A DNA stretch of 62,832 nucleotides, counting the filler, from Phoronis australis (Eukaryota > Animalia > Phoronida), in assembly GCA_002633005.1 (NCBI GenBank). It is 9 parts of 9 records of this genome, joined end to end, with 100 filler letters (N's around TTAATTAATTAA, not from the genome) between each part and the next. Parts side by side here need not be neighbours in the genome. Positions count along the whole stretch, not along the records: positions 35,401 to 54,213 come from NMRA01000759.1; positions 54,314 to 57,839 come from NMRA01001219.1; positions 57,940 to 60,183 come from NMRA01003774.1; positions 60,284 to 62,832 come from NMRA01003619.1; 5 more parts are not named here. One strand, 5' to 3'. Shown here one piece after another: positions 53,331 to 62,832 of the stretch (its first letter is position 1; each line of letters starts with the position of its first letter). A model generated the notes under the pieces. The model made no database searches. It was not told the DNA's origin and saw only the letters and a list, made by a program, of their open reading frames with translations. Both the position numbers and the translations under genes were made by a program.

Positions 53331-56085
53331 GTTTACCTCTGTGTCTTCAAAGCTGCTCAACGAAATTTAGCATCAATTAGTGAGTTCACGCAAGTGATCT
53401 TGAGATTTAGTAAGCACGCACTTGCGACATCTAGTGTGCAACTGTTAACTAAAATTTTGAATGGTGGACATGAATTCGCTTGTCGTGGGTTATTGTTTCT
53501 GTTTTAATTATTTTATTGCCCATTCTGTATGTTATTCTGGTCTTGGTAATTGTTTCCAAATGTGGTTTGACTGGGATGGTTGGGTTTGTGACCGAGGGGC
53601 TGAAATGACTGGCAACCTGGGAGTCTGGTACCTTTGCAATGAAAAGGATTAAGAACATTAAGAGCTAGGATACAATGAATGTACCGTACCGAGAGGGGTT
53701 TTGCATTGAACAGTTTGTCACGCCCCGTTGTACCTACCACCTCGCTCCCCGTGTATACGCCAGTGCTTGGAGCTCGCAATTTGCTCGTAATTGGTGGAAG
53801 TGTTTTCATTTATATCTCAATTATGACATCGCCAATCGCTGCCACCATAGCCTAAGCAGGGATCTGTAATTCTTATATGATTAAGAAGTTCAGATAACGC
53901 TTGTTGAGTAAAAGTGTTATTTTTGGCAAATAAAGTGGAAATACTCATTTCACTTTTAAACGTGCAATTTAATGAATATTAGTTTTTCATTGGTATGCTG
54001 TGTGATGTCATCAGGTCTAAATATTGATGACAATATGACAAAAGTTACAGAACACAACTCAGGTTCTGTTAACAGGTTTTGAATGTTCTCATAGAGATTA
54101 TTAGACTTTTCTGGCCTACGATATTTTTGCCTTTCTCTGCTCAGTACAGACCCACATAACAATACGCCAATGTATGTAAAGACAGACAAAAGTGGCCCAG
54201 TGAAATAATACTGNNNNNNNNNNNNNNNNNNNNNNNNNNNNNNNNNNNNNNNNNNNNTTAATTAATTAANNNNNNNNNNNNNNNNNNNNNNNNNNNNNNN
54301 NNNNNNNNNNNNNATTTTTGCCACTAGGTGTCTCTTTACGTTTTTTAAATTTCACTGTTTACAATTAATTTACAATAGTAAAACATGTAATGTGAGTGTA
54401 ATATTGTTCAATACAATGGCACTGATGGGACCATATTACTTGTTTTACAAAAAAGTCACCAAAACTGTTGTTTTTACAAATATAAGTTTACTAAGCTCTT
54501 TGGTGATTATTAGGTAACTTCAAACTCAAATTTCTCAAAAATGTGCAACTTTATATGTGGGAACTTTTTAGATTTTGAAAACACTCTAATAAATGAATTA
54601 AAAAACACCAAAATAAAATTGTCCCCCTAAAGTACTCACAAAAACCATTTTCTAGAGGCCCTACAAAATCTGGCCCACCGACTAATAGGGTAAATGGCAA
54701 AGCAGGTGATCAGAGTCTATAACATCAATAGTGCAATATCCAACCAATGGGCACAGATGTTGAATTTCTGTGTCTGAATTTGGGACTGAATCTTGCTTAA
54801 TCCTAGGATCGCGTATGCGTGAACATAGAATACGTGGGGAAACTTGACAAGTTCATTCAAATAATCAGGTTCACGTCCATAAGACTTTGCGCTGCACTAA
54901 ATCAAATTACATGTTAGTAAATGTCAAAAGTTTCAGTTAATCTTTTGTCAACTATTGGCGATCTTATTCAATGAAGAATAATTATTGATTTAAGCATTCA
55001 CATATTCCTCCGATTCCTTTATATAAGTTGCAGTAAACGGGAAAATGGGTTATCTTGAGGCCAATAATTACAAAAAAATATTTACAATGAACAAAAAAAT
55101 TCACGTTATTGCTAATGTGAATGTTCAATTCCAAGTTTACGCATACGCAAAGTTCACGCAAAACAGGATAACTAGCAAAGTTACGCTTAGCGTATTACAC
55201 ATGTACAAGTACATGACATCATATGACAACAAAACACAGCACATACGGCAGCAAGATGTCTCGGCGATGACAATGAATTGGGATAAATAAGTTATGCATG
55301 TACCAGCGGGATATTTCCAAATGAAAGGAATTCGAGTTAGGATATCACAGAAGTATTCCTCTGTATGTGGGATAACCAATATGTATTCGTATATTTGTGG
55401 GAAGACCTATGTACATCCATAAGAGAAATAATAGTCAGTTTGAAAAATAAGTAACCGTAATTTCGGGTTTTCTTCGTGTTAGTAAGCTCAATCCCTACGC
55501 AAATGTTACCCTACTCTATTTAATTGACCTGTCTCTCTCTCGGGGTGGCACACCTCTGTACCCCTAAGATTTGAACTCCTACACATCAACCCACGTCAGG
55601 CTAGTGTTCACATTTTTTTCACTCTAACAACATGAGTTCACGATGCTAGCGCCTATTAAAATATACACTGAAGGCGGTTTAGTATGATCAGATTGGAAAA
55701 TATGTTTCGGTATGCTTAATTCGGACGCACTGAGCTTCGAATAAGCGTTGCGACCGTAAAGGCGGGCCCAGTATCCATGAACCAGAGGTTGTTGGCCTTA
55801 ACAACAACCAGAAGTCGTGAAAGTACAACATGTACTTAAAATTATGACGATCGCCCGCAAGCAAAGAATTCAGCATTTAGTTGATGATAGGCGCAAGAAA
55901 TAGCGCAATGAAATTACTGTTAAAAAACACGTCTTCCCTCTGGAAAAAGTCCGTGTTATGCGTTTCTGTGCGCATATCCGCATATCATGCCAGTACTTGG
56001 AAAAAATCTGAGAAGGAATAAAGTTACTAAGTTTGTTGGCTGGTGATGGTGTCGGCTATTCAGAATATCAGTTTTAATACATTAC

Positions 56086-56418
56086 CTTGACAACTGGTTT
56101 ATCTCCGCAGTACTTCACCAGGATGTTGGCTGGCTTGATATCTCTGTGAACGATGGGTTTGGACAGGGCGTGCAAGTGGGTTATGGCCGAGGCCACCTGG
56201 CGCATAAAGGAAACGTTGGTTGAGATGTGTATCGGCTGGTATTTTTGATAATACTCTGCCAAGTTGCCCATGTCACAGTACTCCATCACCATCCATAGTG
56301 AGTTGTGGGAAAAAAAGAAATCCAGAAAAGCAACGATATTTTCATGCTCTTTTAACCCGTGGAGAGTCTTGAGTTCCCGTGCAGCACAGCTTCCGGTTTT
56401 GTCGTCTTTGATTTTGAC
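56086..56418 (-). CDS. Ser/Thr protein kinase, single internal exon (subdomains III-VIb)
   Basis: Phase 0-0 exon of 333 bp: RELKTL...HENIV...LWMVMEYCDMGNL...IVHRDIKPANILV...PVVK. Acceptor ttttcacag, donor GTAATG. I could not find the flanking VAIK or DFG exons in this piece. Confidence 0.88.
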
Positions 56419-57148
56419 CTGTGAAAACAAATCTGGAAAAATGTACTTGGATCACCTCACTGCAATTCCGGGAGCTTAGAATTTATAGAATGACACATCA
56501 TATAGAATGCCAAAGCTGCGGAAAACCATACCGTGTTTTCACTTTAAGACCATGATATATTTTTCAAGCTAATGAAATGTTGCAACTATTTTTAAACCTT
56601 TTCCAACAGTTTTCATCTTGCCAAGACTCTCATAACAACTTGGAAATGTGTGCCAAACATCTTTTGGTATTTTTGAAAGTATTTTCTCAAAGTTATTTTT
56701 TTAAATTCCTACCAAAATTTTCCAAAATTTAAGTTGATTTTTCCAAAAATCTTGCCAAGATTTTCCAGACAGGAACAGCCAGCCAACTAACTTTGTCATT
56801 GTTTTTTGTTTTGGATTTTCTTTTTTGAGACCTACAGCGTATTTTCACCTGCAACGCGTTTAATAGTGAAATTTATTTTTAATATTAAACCCAATTGTAA
56901 TCTCCTCAAAAACGAATATTGACAATATTATAAACACAAAGCAAAAAGAACCTGAAATTAAAGCAAAAGGCCAATGACAGTGTCAAGATCCAGTTTATAC
57001 CCTGAGTACCGAAATGTTTTGTTTGCCAATTAGAACTGGGCTCAGATAGCCTTGCGTCCATTTTTTCACAGAAACGGAGAATCTACATGTACTAGGTGTT
57101 TCACAAGAACAGGCGCAAAGATAAATTCAAATCAAAATACAGAGAGTA

Positions 57149-57416
57149 CATGCGCGCACCCAGGGGGGAGGGGTGCTCGGGGGAATTGGGCTTGAACGAG
57201 CTCCCCATTTGGCGAAATGGGCAAAAAAGGTCCGCCTCAGAGGAACAAAAATTTCGAGCAAACGAGACAAAAGTCCACTGAAGAGGCGCCAACGCACACG
57301 GCTGCGGAAGTGGTTCCCCATTTTTTCTTTTTTTAGTCCCCCGTGATTTTTGTTAGGAAAAGGTCCACATCCTCAAGAATCCGAGACCCCTTTATTTCAG
57401 GCTGGTTGTGCGCATG
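57149..57416. mobile_element. MITE (same family as 15283-15538)
   Basis: Termini catgcgcgcaccag / ctggttgtgcgcatg, with shared internal sequence. Confidence 0.7.
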
Positions 57417-57683
57417 CTTTAGAATATTTACAAACAAGACGCAAGATGTCCTAAACATACGGTTTTCCACATTTAAGCGGCAGCATGACTTTTGCAACCC
57501 GCACGGCGGATACAGGATGTCTCAAGCGAGAACAACCACATTTTCAAAGAAAAATACTTCCCTTACCGCTTTTAGAGTTTTTAGTCGAGCCGGTAACCTG
57601 AAACAACGACTCTCCAAACCCCCTCATCTCCAACCTCACCAGTAGTATAGTAAGAGGTTTTGGAGTCTTATTTTGAGGCTCCT

Positions 57684-57816
57684 AGGTCAAAGGTCATGTG
57701 AAAGGAGGTCACGTGGTATAACTGCGATCGGGACACCTACCGGACGGATGTGTCAATGACGTCATGACGTCATAGGTTTAATTAGAGAAGCAACTCGTTT
57801 TACGGCTCCTAGCAAC
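57684..57816. promoter_or_regulatory. Dense transcription-factor motif cluster (DR1, E-box, double CRE, RFX half-site)
   Basis: AGGTCAAAGGTCA 57684-96, GGTCACGTGG 57707-16, TGACGTCATGACGTCA 57757-72, CCTAGCAAC 57808-16. Confidence 0.5.
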
Positions 57817-59337
57817 GGATTGAAACAAAAGATGATAAGNNNNNNNNNNNNNNNNNNNNNNNNNNNNNNNNNNNNNNNNNNNNTTAATTAATTAANNNNN
57901 NNNNNNNNNNNNNNNNNNNNNNNNNNNNNNNNNNNNNNNGTACGTACATGTACACTACAAAAGGGGATACGTGCACTACATCACTGTTTCTGCATCACAT
58001 GGTAACATAATGTTGCATGGCCATTTATTTTTCTTTGGTGATAATAAGCACCATGTTGTTGTTTAAAATACTATATTTTCGATTGCAATAACTATTTGTG
58101 TTACTGAATTCCACACGGGGTACGTACACTACATTTTGTTAGTTTTTGGCCCATTTTCAACATAACAGAACCCAGTCAATATCCAAGCTTTTGGTTTGTT
58201 TAGATATTGAATAATTTGCTGTGTTGCCTTGCCTAACATATTCTGCAGTTCTTTTCGTTACAAAGTGTGAACTTTAGTTGTTAACCTTCTTTACAGTAGG
58301 TGAGGGTTAGAAACACAGAATTTACAAATTTCGTAACCAGTGCCTGTTTTATGATGAACTCTACCATTTCTCATTGATTAAGCACAATTTCATCTAAGTG
58401 ATTCTGAAAGTGACTCAAGTTATTCCCAGTCATATCAAAGCAATTTCTTACTACTGTTGACAGTTGAAAATTGTAATTTTTAAAATGGCCACTAGTAACG
58501 CTAAAATGCATGAAATTCATCAACAAAAACATGCATAAATTTCTCACGCATGGCCGATTTTGATGATTCCTTTTTTAAATTGGCACAACTAAATAACTCT
58601 TTGCATAGTATAATATTCACTTGGCATTAGGTAAGTGACCAAAAATTATTTTACACCGTAACATATTCAACTCTCGAATGTAGATCTCGATTGTGATTTA
58701 GGAAAGCAAAGGAGATATAGAAGGCTTTCTTCGTAGGAATCTCGCACTCGTCGACGGATCAAACTGTCGGGGGAGTTTGTTGATGACCTTTTTCACTCAA
58801 ACCGATTTAAAAGGTACTCAAACTGCATATTCACGAAATAATAAAGAAGGGATTCTACGTTTATTGGAGTGCAACCTTACCTCATAAACAGCAAAAACCT
58901 ACCACTAGAATTACTAGAAGTTCCTTTAACAAGAGTAAATTCTGAGAATGTCCTGTGTAGTGCCTCAACCCCCCNNNNNNNNNNNNNNNNNNNNNNNNNN
59001 NNNNNNNNNNNNNNNNNNNNNNNNNNNNNNNNNNNNNNNNNNNNNNNNNNNNNNNNNNNNNNNNNNNNNNNNNNNNNNNNNNNNNNNNNNNNNNNNNNNN
59101 NNNNNNNNNNNNNNNNNNNNNNNNNNNNNNNNNNNNNNNNNNNNNNNNNNNNNNNNNNNNNNNNNNNNNNNNNNNNNNNNNNNNNCCCCCCCCCCCATGA
59201 AATGCCTCGTCTCCATGGCTCTCCATGGTAGGAAATTCTTTAGAATTTTCGAATAACGGATTTGAAAAAAAATTACAGGTTTTACAAAGAAGGTTCGCTG
59301 AGCTGCCATGTGATGATAGGCACATTGCCAAGTTTTT

Positions 59338-59586
59338 TTACGGTATGTGACCTATAAGGGTTTATAGGCATCGGATTTGAATGTTTCTGGATCGACGAGA
59401 ATTGACTGGATAGACGGTTTACGGTATGTGACCTATAAGGGTTTATAGGCATTGGATTTGAATGTTTCTGGATCGACGAGAATTGACTGGATAGACGGTT
59501 TACGGTATGTGACCTATAAGGGTTTATAGGCATCGGATTTGAATGTTTCTGGATCGACGAGAATTGACTGGATAGACGGTTTACGG
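59338..59586. repeat. 81-bp tandem repeat x3
   Basis: ttacggtatgtgacctataagggtttatagg...gactggatagacggt occurs three times. Confidence 0.92.
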
Positions 59587-61388
59587 AAAATTTGAAGTTT
59601 AGCTTGTAAGAAATGGGTGATTTTTCTGTGAACATACATGTACATGTAGATGGTAGCTGGAATTAGGGATAATCAATATATCTCCCTACCATCAGACAGG
59701 GTGGCAGTGCACTAGGCGCTTTTTCTAGTCTGAAGATTACATGTACCTTCGCAAAATTGATGTTACTGAAATAGAGCGAAATTAGAACTCGTACATTCCC
59801 GAGGCTATATTCTACCTACGCAGCTCCAATTTGATGCTGTTTCTCCAGGTATTTTTCCAAATTTCGCAGCTCGTTGGAAGTTTGTGTCAGTTAAAGAGTG
59901 GTTTAATTATGTATTACATTATTTCGGTGCCATGAAAATAGAATTTCCTAGAAGTAAACCTGAAAGTTGAAATCGTATTCTGTTCGTGAAACGCGCATGA
60001 TGTGTTCAGGTTTAGAAATGAAATTTTAAAACAAGGGTAGAGTTTCTGATGAGTGCTTCCTCAGATTTTGACCAGTAAACTACAAAATAAAATCCTCGCG
60101 CCTATGGGACCGGGAACGAATTGGCGACGTCCATGGGTGCAGAAGTGATGTCTAATTAGTTTCTGCCCACTGAATATTACCATNNNNNNNNNNNNNNNNN
60201 NNNNNNNNNNNNNNNNNNNNNNNNNNNTTAATTAATTAANNNNNNNNNNNNNNNNNNNNNNNNNNNNNNNNNNNNNNNNNNNNGGCAGCGTATTTTTATG
60301 CCTGCTTGGAACCCGTTCGGAAGTACTAAGACGCAATTTGCTGCTGCATTTCTAGGTGCGTGTATAGGATTCGCTAAAATAAATTAAAATGTCTCTGTAG
60401 CCGCGGGTTCATTTAAAAATTTTCTCGAGATAAACATTTGAAGTGTGTGATTTAGCACTAGGGTCGTTGATTGAAAACATCAAACGCCTGGTGTAATGAC
60501 AAGGATGCTCGAATCTATCTTTGTAGAGTAATGCATCGCAATGTTTTTTTCCAGGCTATTAATTTTGCGCCAGAGTGAAATAGATATCGACTTAATCGTC
60601 ATGCATGGTTGCTTTACTGTTAATAACACTGTTCACATTTTCAAGTGATCTTTTTATTTTTGTGCATACAATGCGTCATGTGTTGGCTTGCATTGTTTCC
60701 CGTGTATGCAGCTCACCTTAATTTGGCGCTTTATAAATGGGTGGTAAAATGTCACTGTGAGCTGTGACCGCTGCACCAAAAGAAAACTGTTTCGTGCAAT
60801 ATATCGCACCAATTTATTCCTAATCAATAAAAAAACTGCACCGGTGGCACGCTGACATTTGAATTCACTGATGCTAAAGTCATTGCCTCAATTTTGCAAC
60901 TTTAAGCAAAAACTACGTCCTTAATGTAATTGACTAAACCATCTGCGGCCGGAAAGCAATAATCCCTTTGTTCCGCTCCATTGGACGTTTCGCTAAAATC
61001 ACACAGTGTCATTTACAGAACGACGTTCACCTCAAGCGGCCGGTGATGACTTTATTAACCAAACGCATGCCTTTTCACTTACTTTGAAACCAACCCAGGC
61101 TTGCTACAGTGTACTCTCTGTACCTGTAATTGAAAAACGCGTAGCCGACGCAATTTTCTTATAAAATTTCCTTTGGGATACACAACATGCTTGCGAAGAG
61201 ATTTAATTTTTTTAATTTAGTGAAAAAGTGTCTTCAATTTATTTACAACATTTCGACTCCCGGCAGTTCACAGACAGGCACAAGAAATACGCGCTCGGCA
61301 TCGTAAGCCTGTATCCCTGTGCAACGGCAAAACTCAAGCGTGACATAACAAGTACATGCACGAATGTATGAAGCGACAACGAGTAACA

Positions 61389-61566
61389 CTTGGGGCGACG
61401 CAGGATTTTGAGTTGGGGGGGGGGGGGGGGGGGGNGGGGAGAGTATTAGCCAGGATTTTGACCGTCAGACATTCGCACCCCCGTACTGCGCCAAATGGAA
61501 TCTGGGAGGATTTCAGAGGGGTTGGGGGCATGGCCACCTTGCAACCCCCCAATAAATTTGCCACTG
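61389..61566 (-). mobile_element. MITE, reverse copy of the 33219-33364 family
   Basis: caggattttgagtt...gagtattagccaggattttgaccgtcagacatt...gggggcatggcc...gccactg. Confidence 0.7.
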
Positions 61567-62832
61567 TTGTGTACGTTGAAATGTCCTTAATCCACATGTA
61601 CCTGTACGTGAACGTTTGCTTAATCTACGCGTACTTTTACTTTTAGGTCTTAAACGATCATCGCTCTGCTCTTAATCAATTGGTTTGAGTGCACGGACGC
61701 GATTGAAAGATACGCGTAGCTTAAGCAGAACTACGCGCTAATTAACCACATTTCAACGCGCAAAAGTTTCCTCGTTTAAGAAACGTTTGACGCTTCATAC
61801 GAATGTGTATGCATATGTACGTTTGAATCTGTAATAGTAACCTCAAATCTCCTTAACAGGGAGCTCAGCTATCATCCACGCACAGCTGGGTTGAACGAAT
61901 TGAAAAATATTCAAACACAGCAGATGACGATGAGCGATTCTAGTTCACTATGCCAATTTGAAGGGGAACGATCAATCTTCGACACCATTCATGTTATACG
62001 TAACATCCCCACGCTTTAATTGATGTATCCTCCATGAATAATGGCTCAACTTAACAATAAAAATAATCGTGGGGGGTCCGACGCAATTTGCCAAAAAGCC
62101 GTCAAGCATTCGTTGTTTTGCGACAATGGTAATTTACAATGTACTTGGTAAAATATTGACATTTGGTTGACTTTTGGTTATTATAAGGTGATAGCGCTCG
62201 ACGTTAAATTTCTAAAGGATGTCGTACTAAACAAGAAGCAAATCCAAATGGAAGCATTAGTCTGGTGTGATTTAATTGAAATGGCAATTTGGATTTTCTT
62301 GAAGAAAACAAAATTCTCGTCGTAGATGAGTCACATAAGCTAAACTGTCTTCACAATCCTCACAGAATGACATTGTGGATCACTAATGAAAAGCAGCGGG
62401 GTAACAACCAGGATCTTGAAATTGGCGCGCTATTGAGAATATCAGAATACGCATTTTTATAGGACGAGAGATAAAATACCACAGGCTCTAAGAAGCTGAC
62501 AACCTTTTCGTTCTTATTTCGTAGAGACTATAACGGTAATCCAAATGAAACATAAAAAACACTGTGTAACTTTTGTGTAGAATCCAAAACGCTGACATTT
62601 GGAACGTATGGTGGGGAAAGTGTAGCCGTAAAATTACGCTCGTAATTACGAGCGTAAATAAAATTGAAAAGGAGTTGCAGTAAAATTATGCCCGTAAATT
62701 AAATGGGGGAAATGTCGCCGTAAATTACGCTCGTTAAATACCTTAAGAACGTTCCAAATTTAAACCAATCAGTGTTAACCTAACATACACGACTGTTGCT
62801 GGGCAGCTCGTTCTTGCGCAATCGCTGACATT

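Noticed and set aside
58869-59331. ORFs containing X runs
   Set aside because: They span an N gap.
59282-59635. 117-aa ORF with 27-aa repeats
   Set aside because: It is open only because the 81-bp unit is a multiple of 3. No other coding evidence.

Overview
Animal (invertebrate-like, AT-rich, intron-rich) genomic DNA, not prokaryotic. The window is a concatenation of 9 pieces joined by artificial 100-bp N44-TTAATTAATTAA-N44 linkers, so adjacency across linkers is not trustworthy. Spliced genes reconstructed by hand: (i) the last four exons of a divergent mitochondrial ATP synthase beta gene (minus); (ii) two exons of one Ig domain (minus); (iii) a 10-exon partial copine gene (CPNE5/8/9-like, minus) that is absent from the ORF track; (iv) a complete 3-exon UBXN6/UBXD1 gene (plus); (v) one Ser/Thr kinase exon (minus). 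The best candidate novelty is a spliced 102-aa single-pass membrane protein ORF whose second exon also carries the UBXN6 start codon 58 nt downstream, with no AUG in between. This suggests a bicistronic mRNA driven from a promoter shared head-to-head with copine. The second is the 3' UTR of an RLE-type non-LTR retrotransposon fragment in a copine intron, which holds all hammerhead core motifs in a non-circularly permuted, pseudoknotted order. The rest is a 6.7-kb near-perfect 32-bp satellite, a Kolobok-like deletion derivative with a THAP remnant, tRNA-derived SINE-like elements, several MITEs, and a Helentron-type repeat with phased CTCF-like motifs.
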